Shown: piece by piece, positions 14,621 to 29,693 of the stretch
Position numbering within the stretch: the stretch's first letter is position 1
Layout of the letters: every line of letters begins with the position of its first letter
NCBI RefSeq assembly: GCF_009914755.1
Contig: NC_060927.1
Length of the DNA: 64,000 nt
Direction: 5' to 3' (one strand)
From: the human T2T-CHM13v2.0 reference genome, Homo sapiens
Program-made: the position numbers and the translations under genes
The notes under the pieces: model-generated
What the model was told of the DNA's origin: nothing
Seen by the model: only the letters and a program-made list of their open reading frames with translations
Databases searched by the model: none

Positions 14621-16399
14621 TTTGTACTCAAATTTCTTAGCTCTGACGATAAATATGTTCTCTTTTCTACCTGTTTGTGGGGTGCCTTCAAAAGAGTACT
14701 GACATAATAAAAGAGTCCTGAATTATGATAGAGATTTTTGAAGTAAGGAGACTGAATTTTAGGGCAGCCTGTCTTTGTTATTTTTTAAACCAGCATTCAA
14801 CTTGTTTCCACTTCATTTGCAACGGCGTGAAAGTTTATCTGACCACTGGAAGAGGCAACTTCTTTACTCACACTCCTCACATTGCAGAAAGGGCCTGGAA
14901 TGGGACCCTTTCAAAGCACCCACCTCATAATCTGGGATTCCAAACTCAAGTTGAAGCAGTGCAGTGTCTGCTGTTGTTTAGACATTCTCGTTGTCTAAAG
15001 CTGGAGGGTTTTGTGGGTGGTCCCTCTCTGTTCGGTGTCACTATCAACAAATGTGTGGAAAGAAGAAATAACCGGAGATGAGGGCAAGCTTCAATCAGCT
15101 ATGCCTTAATTGGTGAGTCAGTTGCACTGGACACAGGCAGAATCAATTAGGAAGCTGGACTCAGAGGGCGCTGGCCGTGCAGCCCGCCCGGCAGGAAGAG
15201 CCAGTGTGAGGCTCCACAGAAGAGGAAGAAGCGCTGCCCCCCACCACCTCCTCCTCCTAAATAAGGCTCCAGGACTGCTGAGTTGCCCAAAAGTGCTCAA
15301 CTGTTTTCAGTTCTTGTATTTTCCAAGAATTCCTACTACCTACCAGGCTCTCTCAACCCCATCTATCCAACCCCTTTCTTTCTTTCAAGGGCTACCCCTC
15401 TGGGGTATCCTTAGGGGTCTCTCTGGCTCCCAGAAGACAAGTCCTGACTCAACTTCCTTCCTCTGTGACTATGTCTCAGCATCAGTCTAGCTTTCTTGAA
15501 GGCAGGATCTATCTTTCGTCCATGTCTTCACTGTTCCTGACCCGGGGAAGGCTGTTCGTTGTATGGTCTAAGCTGGCAAGTTGGATGATGGCTTCAAGGC
15601 TAAGATTTCAAAATGTGGAATACTTTCATACAGACATGCTGGGAAGAGGAGCACATCCACAGCAATGACGCTTTGTCTGTGGAATGATGTTTTCTCATGT
15701 TTAAAAAGCCCGACAATTTCTTACTACACGAAACAATCAAGAATATGGATAAGCAATAGCAAGAGAATTATAAGTTGCATGTAGTTCATTGTGACAAAGA
15801 ACCAACTCTAGTATTTTTGTGTTTATCTGCAAGGCCATCATTTTATTAGATATGCATGCTTTAAAAAAAAAAAGTTTAACTTATCTAAATGTCTTTTTAA
15901 AATAAGAGTAAATTGGGATAGCCCTTACAGACCCTGAAATATCCTACTGTATTTTAGATGGATACATAGCATTCCAACCTCCTTATTATTGAAAATATAG
16001 CTTACTTCTAGGGTCTTTTATTTTTTATTTTTTGCTATTATAAACAATGCTATGATGAGCATCAGTATATTAATATTTGGATTTGTTTAATTCCTTAGGA
16101 TATGGGCCTGAAATTGAGTTAAATGGTATTTAACTTTTGCCCACATGTAAAACCTTTTATGTGTGTTGATTTGCCCATTGATTCAACAAACATTTGAGTG
16201 TCTGCCTTAGGCTAAGCACCATTAGGACTTTAGGGGTATAATGGGGAGCAAGAGTGATGAAGTCCCTTCTCCCATGGAGATACAAGTTCAGGTGGAAGAA
16301 GACAGATAATAAAGTATTGTTAGACCCAGACTTTAGACCCCAATGATGCCAGCACTCACACTGCCAACCCTGATCTCAGCCCTGCCTACTCAGGGGTCC

Positions 16400-17720
16400 T
16401 TTGGCATGTTAATCAGGAATGTAAGTTTCTTGTATCGAAAACCAAACTCTTGGCCTTACCTCCCCAAATCACACCTTCTCCTAGTCTTCCTCATCTCAGC
16501 AAACGGCAGTCCTCCTTTCCAAGACTCAGACCCCAAATCCTAGCATCATCTTTGTTTCTTCTTCCTGGAACCCACATCCCAGTAGCTAGCAAGTCCTGTC
16601 ACCTGTGCCTTCAAGAGAGCCAGCCTCTGGCCACGCTTTACCCACTCCACTGCTCTCACCCTGGGCTGAGCCACCATTCTCTGTTTCCTGAATCTTGGCA
16701 GTAACCTTCTAATAGGTTGTCCTACCTTTGCCTTCCCCAGCCCCCACTTGATCCCCAGCATCCAGCCTATTCTCCACGCAAGAGACAGAGTGCTGTGCCT
16801 TGTTAACATAAACATCAGATCACATCCCTTCTGTAGTCAACATCTCATGAAGGCCGTACTGCTGGAGTAGTTCGCAAGGGCTGCTGTGATGAAGTACCAC
16901 AAAGTAGGTGGCTTAAAACAGCAGAAATGTATTGTCTCACAGTTCTGGAGGCTGACAGTCTGAAAATCAAATTGTCAGCAGAGCCAAGCTTCCCCTGAAA
17001 CCTGTAGAGGAATCTTTTTTGGCCTGCTCCTAGTTTTGGTGGTTTTCCTGCAATCTTTGGTGTTCTCTGGCTTGCAGATGTATAATTCCTGTCCTCTGTC
17101 TTCACGTGGCATTCTGTGTGTCTATCTTCACCTGGTCATCTTTTCTAAAGACACCAGTCATATTGCATTAGGGGTCCAACCTACTCCAGTGTGACTTCAT
17201 CTTAAGGCAGCTAATTACATCTGCAGCAACCCTTCTAGGACTGAGGATTAGGGCTTCAGTGTATCTTTTGTGGGGGACACAATTCAACCCAAACACTGGT
17301 TGAAACCCACATGCCTAATGATGGTTCTGAGAAGTTTCAAGCTCCTCACCATGCATGATAATGGCCCTTATCCTATTGTGGACTCACCTTCTAACCCCAT
17401 CCATTCCCAGTCTTTATTATTCACCAGCATTTCAGACATGCAATGACTTTTCCAGCCAAGGACTTGCCTCGAATGCTACCACTCTTAGTGGGACCACCCT
17501 GACCACCCAACCACAGCAGCCCATGCTCCCTACTTCACTCTTTCTCACCCAACCCACCATACAGAACACTTGTTTCTTATTGTTACGCTATTTTACCTTA
17601 AATATCTTTAAATTTATTTGGTGTCTCTCCCCATTATTGCCCCCACCCACTAGTATGTAAGTTCTATGAGGCCAGAGGCTTTGTCTCATTTTCCAGTATG
17701 TAGATCCCAGAAAAGCATGT
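16400..17720 (+). mobile_element. LINE-2 (L2a-like) 3' region, interrupted by an MLT1 LTR
   Basis: ctcctagtcttcctcatctcagcaaacggca...agccaccat...cctattctccac...catcagatcacatcccttctg, continuing to tagtatgtaagttctatgagggccagagg; typical L2 3' sequence. Confidence 0.75.
16860..17295 (-). mobile_element. MaLR LTR (MLT1-type)
   Basis: aagtaccacaaagtaggtggcttaaaacagcagaaatgtattgtctcacagttctggaggct...ggggacacaattcaacccaaaca. Confidence 0.85.
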
Positions 17721-18310
17721 GCCAGTCCTTCTGGGGACATTACTGTGAATCCTAGTGCACGTCAGAATTAGATAAGTGAGTTTGTACTAAATGCAGACAG
17801 GAACTGATTGACAGCTGTGTGGCATGTATAAATAATAATCTATAGGAGAAATCATTTCATATGAATTTGATGATATTTGCTCCAGCTCATTTGAGTGACT
17901 TTTCTTCTGTAATGCCTTCAGATTATGATGCAGACTCCTTTACTAGTAGAATAAATTGAATTTTAATTCTGAGATGAGTACAGAGTCTGATCCATTTCTG
18001 TAGCTTAGATTAACTATTCTTCCTTTTTCTTTATTTGAAGGCAGAACATAGCAATGAATCAGGGGAAGGGGGCTTATCAAATTGCATTAGAACCAGGTAC
18101 TATTTTCACTTGACTATGTAATGTAACTTTATATATATATATATATTTCATTTATGAATCACATAATAACAACCAATGCATTCCTCCTATTGGCTTCTTG
18201 TTTTATACTTTTCAGGGGCTGGAGAGCAGCCTTTCTAGGGTTGAAGGAGTTATTTTCAGTACTATAAGAAGGTTGGAATAGTCGATAGAGGAAGTCTCTT
18301 TCAGCACAAG

Positions 18311-18602
18311 GAATAGGCTGGATGCTGGGGAGCAAGTCGGGGCTGGGGAAGGTAGAGGTAGGACAACCAGTTAGAAGGTTACTGCCAAGATTCAGGAAAC
18401 AGAGGATGGTGGCTCACCCCAGGGTGAGAGTGGTGGAGTGGGTAAAGCGTGGCCAGATGCTGGCTCTCTTGAAGGCACAGGTGACAGGACTTGCTGGCTA
18501 TTGGGATGTGGGTTCCAGGAAGAAGAGACAAGGATGATGCTAGGATTTGGGGTCTGAGTCTTGGGAGGATTGCCATTTGCCGAGATGAGGAAGACTAGGA
18601 GA
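18311..18602 (-). repeat. Inverted local duplicate of 16477-16772 (L2-derived)
   Basis: Reverse complement aligns to 16477-16772 with ~18 mismatches and one 4-nt gap (manual count). Confidence 0.92.
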
Positions 18603-19271
18603 CGCCATTCTGGGAAACAAGGCACATGAAGTGAGTTGAATTCGGAGGCTCCCGCTCGCTCCATTCCAGCCTGCATTTGTGGTGCTGCAGCCCTGCAAAT
18701 GTAGCCCTGTGCGCACACACTGGAGCACTGGATCCCTGGGTCATGAACAAGAAGACGACGTGGCCTGAAGGCTCTACTTCTTTTCACCCCCTCTCTAATC
18801 CCTCTTTGCTCAACTCTGACTATAAAAGTCTAAATTAACATAATCATAGTATCCACAACCTTTTCAGCAAAATGCACCTATCTCCCAGTCCTGTGCTGCA
18901 GATATTCGCTTCATGCTTGCCTGCATATTCCTCTGAGTCACTTCAGATCCTCTTCACTACTTCATATGACTTTTTGAGAAACATATTTTTTAATTTGCCT
19001 CAGAAGTGAAGTTGAAAATCTTTTCCATGTAGTCCTTCGAGCCAGAGAAGCAGTAAGTGGACAAAAACCCAATTTTAAGGTTTCCATTTCAATAGTATTT
19101 TGCCATTGCCACTGAGAATGAACAACATTAAGGGAGCCCCTGGGCAGAGGAATTGGCACTGTGCAAGGGAAGGACATACTTTCTGTATCTCCAGTGGGCA
19201 TGTTCATGTCCCTCTAGATCTGTTTCTCCCCACCTCCTGTCCCTGAGGTCATGCGGCACTATAGTTTCTGA

Positions 19272-20325
<1,054 letters not shown>

Positions 20326-20995
20326 AGGCTTTAAACATTCCCCTAATAGCAGCTAATAATTCCTGAATATTTGCTAGTTTCCAGCCCTTTGCTCATCTCA
20401 TTTGACCTTCCCAACAGCCTTGTCTGGTGCATTCTGTTTTGCCCATTTTATGGAGGAAGAGATGTTACGAAAATCACACACACAATAAAGAGTAGTATGG
20501 CTAGGTTTTGCATGCACGTGGCCTGGCTCCAGAATTTGTGTGTTTAACCACCGTAAGGTTTTTCCTCCCTTGCCAAGCTTTGAGATAACAAAGACTGGTG
20601 TAGACCATGCTGTGTGTAGACCACTTTGCTGGAAATCTCAGTGGTAGTGCTCAAAGATGTGGCTTCATCCTTGCTGCTTGCTATGATGAACATGACTCTT
20701 GCAGATTTAAAAATGTCATGGCCAAATTTCTTTGCGCAATAAAGTAATGTGTTTTAAAAGAATGCACAATCTATTGAAGAAATGTATAACTAGGGACCTT
20801 CTTGCCATAGAAGAGGCTTGCAGGGGATAGAGGCTAAGTAGTGTGGGGAGGTGAATGGACCCCATGACGTTGAGGCCATTGAGTTGTGATCTGGAGTCTG
20901 ATACTTGCTAGAGACCTTGAGGAACTTAACCTTTTTCGTCTGTTTTCTTAACTACAACCCAAGAACCTATGCCTCCTGACTGAGCAATTGAGGGG

Positions 20996-21376
20996 GTGTT
21001 ATGGACTGAATCATGTCCCCCCAACAACTGTGTGTTTAAGCCCTAATCTTTAATGTGTATTTGGAGATGGGGCCTTTAAAGAGACAGTTAAGGTTAAATG
21101 AGGTCATAAGGGTGTGGCTGTGAGCCAATATGGTAGCTGTTCTTATTAGAAAAAGAGGCATCAGTGATACACATGCACAGTGAAAAGGTCACTAAAAGAC
21201 CTAGTGATAAGGTGGCCATCTGTATACCAAGAAAGGAGGCCTCGGGAGAAGCCAAAACTGCCGACACCTTCACCTTAGACTTCTAACCTCTAAAACTGTA
21301 AGAAAATATAGATCTGAGTGGCTTAAGCCACTCAGCCTGTGATATTTTGTTGTGGCAGCCCTGGCAAATTAATACA
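20996..21376 (+). mobile_element. MaLR LTR (MLT1A/B-like)
   Basis: tgttatggactgaatcatgtcccc...ttgttgtggcagccctggcaaattaataca. Confidence 0.85.
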
Positions 21377-21829
21377 GAGGGAAACTCAGATAGACTCTAA
21401 ACGTGTTTGAAATATCTCAGGTCCTGCTTGCACATCAAGTGACAAGGATGGCTGTGGAAACCTGGCATCTAACCATGTTTCTTAGAAAGAGCAAGTTCAT
21501 AGCATGCTTCTCCTTTTTTATTGGCAAAGCAGGTGTTTCTCAAAAATGTACTTGAGGAAATAGCAGTTCTATGATGTGATCTTAACACGTCCGCTAATAG
21601 GGAACAGAGAGGAGGGGGTTTTGTGGTCAAAGAAAGCTTAAAATGACAAATGAAAAAAATTTTAAATATGCTTCTTCACCACACGACTTCTCAGAGCTTT
21701 TAAAATGCTTGTGTATATTGTGACTCTCTCCAAGAGTTAAATAATTTATTTTATGGCATTTCCAAAGCATTTTCTAGGAACACCATTTAATCAAGTAAGT
21801 TTTGTAGGTGGTGATTTGGGAAATGTTGT

Positions 21830-22266
21830 TGTGTACATTTTCTTGGACGGCCATAACAAAGTACCACAAACTTGGTGGCTTAAAATAACAGAAGTATATT
21901 GTCTTACAGTTCTGGAGGCTAGAAGTTTGAAACCAAGGTATTGGCAGGTCATGCTTCCTCGGAAGCCTGCAAGGGAGATTCCTTCCTTGCCTCTTCTAGC
22001 CTCTGGTGGTGGCTATCGATCCTTGGCCTTCCTTGGCATCTAGATGCATCACTCCAGTCTCTGCCTCCATCTTCATATGGTCATCTTCACCCTGTGTGTG
22101 GCTGTGTCTCTTATAAAAACGCTAGATTAGGGGCCCATCCCAGTGACCTCATATTAACTTAATTAATTACGTTAGTAATGGCCCTATCCTAAATAAGATC
22201 ACATTCTAAGGTACTGGGGTTTGGACTTCAACATGTCTTTTTGCAGGACACAATTTAACCCATAAT
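21830..22266 (-). mobile_element. MaLR LTR (MLT1-type)
   Basis: ccataacaaagtaccacaaacttggtggcttaaaataacagaa...ggacacaatttaacccataata. Confidence 0.85.
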
Positions 22267-22604
22267 ACCTGCCAAGTACTTTGCAATGATTGGGATACAT
22301 GCCTTAAAATTTTACTTGGTTACTTTTCGTTTTTGCTTCTTTCAGGCTAAGCTGCTCCTTTTAATTTTACACTCCTTAAAGCAGAGGATTTTAATTTGCA
22401 GTGTAGCAGCAGAATCATAATGCTTTTTTTTTTTTAAGTCCGTTTCAATGCCCTACCCACCTCAAGACTGATTCAGTGGGAGCTGGGTGATGGGTGTTAA
22501 TGCAGGTTTGTTTGAAAACTGAAGCATTTGACAGACTAGATCTGACTGTATCTGGCTTCTATATTTCAGAATTTTCCAGGACCCATGTTTTGGATCTTTT
22601 CTTC

Positions 22605-22917
<313 letters not shown>

Positions 22918-25900
22918 ATTTTTTTTCAAATACCTCTTCTCTAATCCCTGGCTTTTCTTCGCCAAATGTAGCATCGCCCTCTTTGCAAGTTTGTGGACAG
23001 CATTCATGTCCCAGTCTTATCCCAGAATCCAGGAAAGAATGTGTCAGTGAGTGCTGTATCTGGAGGTTTGTCCTAATTGAGGGACTCAGCCAAGCCTCGT
23101 GCAGAAATAACCTTTGAGAGTTTGTGTCAAAGTCACAACTCCACCTGAGCAAAGTGTGAATACAGCCTAGCTGGATTGAAATACATGTCACACCTAACTG
23201 TACTCTGTGCATGTGGTTCTGTGTGTGGGGATGCATGGGGTTTAGCTGTGTTTTTGAGTCACATGTTTCTAATTGTCAACCCTTTCTCAGACGGTATTTC
23301 TGCTTCAGGAGGTTATTTGAATCATCTTGGCTAAGCAGCCTTCAAATAACTCTCTCTCAATTTCTGCATGTCAATTTATGTCCCACTTCCAAAGACTCAG
23401 ACTGTGAATGACTTCTCTCCACAGATAGGGTCACCTTAGCCAGGTGCTCTTTTGTCTTTGTCTTTAAGATCCTTGGTGTGCCACTTATTGATTCAGCAGT
23501 GGAATCATTTTTCTTCTAAAATGCTGACTGGAAGGGCCATTTTGTTAATTTAGTGTGCCTGCTTTTGTGCTCAAATGAGTAGTTTCCATAAAATGAGAAA
23601 CATGGAATGATGAGGCCTGGGGCCCAGGACTATCCAGTCTCTTTGCTGACTTGGTCTCAGAAAGGGGGTGGAGTGCAGAGAAGAATCTTTTCAAACTTGG
23701 ATAAGAATTGCCATCTTTAATATGTGATACCACCTTGAAAATTATATTCAGATTTTGGCAGGATGTGGAGAGAGAAGAGTGAAAAAAAAAATCAGTGCCT
23801 ATTCCAGAATCGCATATTGGAGTTACGTGGCATTTTCTGTTTTAAATAAATGAATTCAGCACACATACTGTTAAAGGGATGTTTGTTTTATCTTTCGAAA
23901 AGGATCATGCATCATATTAACTTATTCCTGGTGCTGTACACATTTGCACAAGGACTATATTAAAAGGAAGAGATTTAAAGAAAGAATGCCAGTGCCCCCA
24001 TGGTCTGTCCCAGGAGTTGGGATTCACACCAGTTCTGTTCATTCTACTAGTTGGCTGTCCCAGGGTTGGTTTCCTTCCCCTTCCTCTGCTCCCCTTGGGA
24101 AGAGGAAGAGGAAGGAAGTGAGGAAGAGAGGGAAGTGAGGGCTTACAGCTGAAAATCAGCAGAGCCAATAAGGTGGGTTCCATAAAGCACACCCTGTTGG
24201 AGGAGAATTTCTTTTTCCTAAATGGTCTGGTGTTTCCTGGTCAGACATCTTTGATCTGGGCCGGTTTCAGGGCCTTCTCCTGATTGACTGAGGAAACCCT
24301 CTCATGGATTCTCCCTGCTGTTGCACTGACATTAATCATTTTTTTTAGACTCATAATCATAGTCTACCTGGAATCAGAAGCAGCCCAAGGACCGTGAGCA
24401 ACAGAGAAAAAGGCCAAGTTGGCTTTATGGAAGTAAAGTCAGGGAGGCCCGTGGAAGGCCTGAACCCCAAGTGAAGGACCTTCTCTAGCTCCTGCATTTA
24501 TTATCTTTGTGAAGAGTATTATCCAGATGTCAGATGATTAGCATATTTTGCTAGTTTCTCTGTGATGGGAATAATGAATTCTTTCTAAATTTCCTTTAAT
24601 TTCAATTAGAGGTGAGTAGAGATATATTAATTATACTCATGAAATCTACTGCCTACCAGGTCAAAAAGTAGATAAGGTCCAGGGCGCTGGGAAGATGCCC
24701 TGATAACTGAGAAAGAGCAAGCTCTGGGAAGGGATAAGACCAGCGGATGAATCTGAGGATGCCTACCTGCTAATCGCCCCATTTAAAACTTAGTTTTTCA
24801 GCCAGCTGAAATGACCCACCAGTCTACAGTGGCAGACAAGACTGGACCGCCTTATTACCCCCACAGTCCTACATTGCTGGGATAAGCAGTCTGTGCAGAG
24901 GAGGGGCCCCTGTATTTGCTGTGGCTCAGGGATACAGGAAAGGGTTTTGGTGAACTGCTGTGAAAATGGACCACCCCCATGACTAGACATGACAAGCATC
25001 CTGGCCACATTCACAGGTGGATACAAACAATAAATGTCATGAGACTGTCTCCACTAAGTGGATCAGAGTCACAGTGGATATTTAGTTGACCTGTGACTTA
25101 ACGGCCACAGACCTCTTACAGTGTACATTATGTTTATTAATTTGCATTTTTACCTGCCAGGTAGACTGTACATTTGCAAAGAGGTGTTTTGCTTCAGAAA
25201 AATGACTTGGATAATTTAACAAGGTATATCTTTGATCTTCCAACAGTGAATTCAAAAAAGAAAAAAGTTTCCTGTATTGGTGTGTCATAAAAGTCTTTGT
25301 TGCAGAGATTTCTCTGCTGTTTTGTTTCCCTTGGTAGTGACTGAATCTTAATTTTCTGTAATGGGAGCACTTATTTCATGTCCTGAGGATGAAAATCCAT
25401 GTTTCCATTTCTTGTGAATTACAGCTGTTTGGTTTTATAGCCTGTGAATGGCCCTGGGCCTCTCTTGCCTTGTTCTTTGAGGTCCACGTTTCTGTTTACT
25501 CATGGTCCACTGCTGCTAATCTAAGGGTCGCTGAGAAGGCTTTCTATCCCATATTATGAACCTACAGCATGTCATTCCATCTTACCTCTGAGTCTTAAGG
25601 TCTCTTGATCCTTAAACAACCACTGTAGCCAATAACTTAGTGAACACAAACACTGAATGCCTGGAAGTTCCTGCTGAGTCTGGCTCCTTGCTGCATTTCC
25701 AGGCTCATGGTGCGCTGTGTTCCTTTTTCCTTTCTTTGCTCTGGATTCCATGACTTTGTTACAATTATTTGTGTATGCTCTGTTTCCTCCTACCCCGGAG
25801 CCTTGGTACCTACAAACACTATTTCTCCATCTAAAAATCTCATGCTCTAGCAGCCCTGCCTTTACCTCCAGGCCCTCCTTTAGTGCCTCTGTTTTATACT

Positions 25901-26619
25901 ACGAAATACACTACCAAATCACCATGAGCCTCTCCCTGATGGTACTTGCTACTCCTGCATGTAGCTGTGTGCTTATTGATTGAGATCTCTCTCCACTGGC
26001 CTGTGAACTCTGCAGGAAGAGACCAGGTCTCCCCTTGTTCAATTGATCAAGCACAGCATGTTGTACTTGGTGGCTTCTTAATAAACATTTGATGACTCAA
26101 TGAATGCTGCAAGGATATTGGGATAAAATGTGTACCATGAGGAAAGGGAAGGAGAGTCTTTGGTAGCAAAGATGTGGGGCTAATATAGGCAGACCTCACT
26201 TCACTTAGACCAGAGGACGTTGTACCTAATGGGTGTCCTTGGAGGCCCCTTCCATTGCTGAGGATAGAATTTGAATTCTCACTATGGTACTGGCCCAGGG
26301 CAGAGCCTGTCTTACTCAAGCATGAAACTCTTGCCTATTTCATCAAATTGTTCTAATGCCAATCTTTCCCTCACCATGTTTCCTGTCCTTGGAGTAAATT
26401 CCAGGCCAGGGTCTAGCAAGTGCTTCCCCACTGTATTTACTTGTCACTTTGCCTGTCAGGTTTTTGGAGTAATGTTTGCATCACATTTTGTGCCAGCTTC
26501 TCAGATGGCCATGTTACACTTTTCTTCTTTGCCCTTTTACTTGGCCCTCTTCAGTTATTTTTTTCTCTTCCTCCTTCCTTCTCATTCCCCAGGTGTATGC
26601 TCAAGGAAAATACAGAGAT

Positions 26620-27665
26620 AATAGAGTGTAAATGGTTAAGAATGGTGAATTTCTTGGTTCCTTAGAGAAATGGCCGATTCTAGGTTAGGGGCAGAAGATG
26701 AACAAGATGAGTCTGTAACCTCTTGCTTATTGTGATAGCAGGAAGCTATCAACTACTGTATGGGGCCTTGGTAGCAAGTCTGAAGAGAAGCGGCTCCCAC
26801 TGGCCAAAGATGGGATAAATTAAATATCCCTCCACCACTCCCCAAAAAAACACACAAAAATCATCAACATTTGGAAACATATAATATATGTTACAACCCA
26901 TGCTGAGACTAAAATGATGAAGCAGAAAAGCCATTGATGATACTAAAAAAGAAAAAGGGTGTGGGAGATCCTCATTGATCACCTTCGGACCAATCTTTAT
27001 TTTGAAAACCAGTAAAGAAATGAACGGCAGCTAACATTTATCCAATTTTCTTCTACAAGTGGTTCTTCAGCTGACTTAACAGTGCAAAAGAGGAAGCACT
27101 TCTTCGCAGAAATTGGTTATCTAATAAATGAAGAGAGATGATGAAATTAAAATATCACTATGTTGCAGCTTCTGATGAATTAATGAATCTGGGCATTGGT
27201 CGTTGATGACTACCATCATCGCAAGGAGACTACTACTCATTTGTTGGAGGGAAGTAAAAAAACATCACGAATGAATAGCAAATAAATAAGTAAATACCAA
27301 ATAAATAAATAAATATGTAGTCAAATCTGAATCCAATCAAACTGCTCAATCTCACCATCAATTAAAATAGAGGGACAGAAGAACATGTTAAATGACACCT
27401 CAGAAATACAGTTAGTAAAATCTGGATTCTGGAATGCTCTTCATGACCAACAAGTTATTTCTTCAACAAAACTTGTGAGAAAAATAATGGAGAGGGAACT
27501 CTAGAATAAGAGACTTAAGAGATATCTCAATCAATCACAATGAGTAGATCTTAACATGAATCCTCATTCAAACTGTGTAACTGTGACAAAGTGAAACGTG
27601 GTTTGTTTTTAAAATGTTTACAGATGAAATAATATGATATCTGGGATGTGCTTCACAATAATCTA
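26620..27665 (+). mobile_element. Old L1MC-type 3' UTR fragments
   Basis: ggcagaagatgaacaagatgagtctg, aagcggctcccactggccaaagatgggataa, tttacagatgaaataatatgatatctgggat resemble old L1MC 3' ends. Confidence 0.55.
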
Positions 27666-27669
27666 GATG

Positions 27670-28610
27670 AGTATATTAGTTATCTGCTGTTGTGGAACAA
27701 ATTACCCCTAAACTTAATAGCTAAAACAGGGGTCCCCAACCCACAGGCCACAGATCAAATACCATACTGGTCTCTGGTCTGTTAGGAACCAGGCTGCACA
27801 GCAGGAGGTAAGTAGCGGGTGAGTGAGCAAGCATTACCACCTGAGCTCTACCTCAGATCAGCCAGCAGCATCATTTGATTCTTACAGGAGTGCAAACCTT
27901 ATTGTGAACTATGCATACAAGGAATCTAGGTTGTGTGCCCCTTATGAGAATCTAAGTAATGCCTGATGATTTGAGGTGGAACAATTTCATCCTTCGCCCT
28001 GCCCCGCTACCATCCCGGGCTACCTCCCCATACCCCTGTCCTTGGACAGATTGTCTTCCGTGAAACCAGTCTCTAGTGCCAAAAAGATTGGGGACCATAG
28101 GCTTAAAACAACAAACATTTATTATCTCATGTAGTTCCTGGACTCAAGAACCCAGGAGTAGCCTGACTGGGTTGTTCTGGCTCAGGGTCTCTAGTGAGGT
28201 TGCATTCAGGATGTAGGCTGGGGGCTGGTCTTCCAAGGGCTGGCTAGGATGGAAGATCCATGTCTAAGCTAATTCATATGGCTCTTGGAAAGAGACTTCA
28301 GTTCCCTGACAGCTGTTGGTTGGAAGCTTCAGTTTCTTACTCCATGGCATCTCCCCAGGGCTGCTTCCAGCAAAGCAGTTGGCTTCCTCCAGAGGGAGGT
28401 ATCCAATAGAGATCAGACGAGCAACTGTGATAGAAGCCATAGTGTTACTTACAACCTAATCTTGCAGGTGGCATACCATCACTTCTATGACATTCTCTTT
28501 GTTGCAGACACCAACCCCTGGTGTAATGTAAGAGGGCCCAACACAAGGGTCTGCGTATCAGTGGGTGAGAATCATAGGAGGCCATTTTGGAGGCTGGCTG
28601 CCAAAAGGGA
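27670..28610 (-). mobile_element. MaLR LTR (MLT1-type) with nested MER1
   Basis: tattagttatctgctgttgtggaacaaattacccctaaactt..[MER1]..ggcttaaaacaacaaacatttattatctca...ggaggccattttggaggctggctgcca. Confidence 0.75.
27727..28100. mobile_element. MER1B-like hAT-Charlie element
   Basis: TIRs caggggtccccaa / ttggggaccatag; internal ttaggaaccaggctgcacagcaggagg; near-TSD gctaaaa / gcttaaaa. Confidence 0.85.
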
Positions 28611-28714
28611 CGTCGATGTAGATGGTGTCAGGATATTGATAAAACAAGATTGGCTGTGAGTTGATCATTAAAATTTTCTAATATAAAAAGTTTCTGGCAA
28701 AAAAACTTTTTTAG

Positions 28715-28915
28715 AGACCAAATGCTTGGATATAAGCTCCAGCTCTACCATTTATTAGCTGTGAGACCTAGTCAAGTGATGTGAATTCATTCTCTCATTC
28801 TTAAAAGGAGGGTAATAAGAGTACCTACCTTCTGTCTGGGGATTGCTGTGAGGATTGAACTCATGAGGACTCAGGGACAAGGCTGGTGTGTAGAGGGCAC
28901 CCAGAGAATATTAGT
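28715..28915 (+). mobile_element. MIR SINE
   Basis: ctccagctctaccatttattagctgtgagacct...aaggagggtaataagagtacctacc...ttgctgtgaggattgaa (MIR core). Confidence 0.7.
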
Positions 28916-29548
28916 TGATGGTAGCAGTCTCTTCTCTTCTGTCTCGGGCATTCTCTTTCTGCTGGGCCTGAAAACATCCCTGGACCACCTATTTTCTAGA
29001 AACTCTTTTATCTAACTTTTAAGAAGCATATTGTGATATCCCTGGGAAAAGCTACCATTTTTTCTTTATCTGATCTTCTCACTACATGTATGTCTGCCCC
29101 CACATGCTGCTGCAGAGGAAATGAGTGCAGTGAGAGCATGCATGTGGAAGTGCATGTGTTTTGGCACACCTTTGCTACCCTGGCCTGCATCAGTGTGTTT
29201 TTCTAGAATATGGACCTTGCTACTGCCACTAAAAGGCTGTACCTCTTCTGAGAAGCTGCTTGTAAGTCGACTGTTCTTATCTGTCCAGCACCTCTCTCTC
29301 TCATCCTTTACATGAAATCCCTCTGTCCTTAGAAAACCCATTTGGTGAAGTCAGGTAGGACTTTCCCCATTTCTCCCCACCACACCCTCAAGTTCAGACG
29401 TGGTGATGCGATCCAGACCTGAATAAGTCAGAGGTCCCATTCTCTGGCCACCTGATTGGCTCAGGCCCAGACACACATCCTAAGTTGGCCTGATCAGAGT
29501 ATTTCTGGGGACTTTTCTGATAGCAATATTGCTGAAACTGCTCTTGGG

Positions 29549-29693
29549 TAAAGTTGCCAGATTTTGCAAAACAAACAAACAGGGCACTCAATTTTAAATA
29601 TCAGATAACAAAGAATACATTTTTATTATATTCATTGTTATGTATCCAAAATTCAAAGTTAATTGGGCATCCTATATTTATCTGGCAACCATA
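29549..29693. mobile_element. MER53-like palindromic hAT MITE (centre deleted)
   Basis: TIR gttgccagat (29553-29562) / atctggcaac (29680-29689); flanking duplication gctcttg at 29540 and 29694. Confidence 0.75.

Noticed and set aside
16450-18576. Pairs of near-identical ORFs resembling a duplicated small gene
   Set aside because: Explained by the inverted duplication of non-coding L2 sequence; ORF ends are not conserved between copies.
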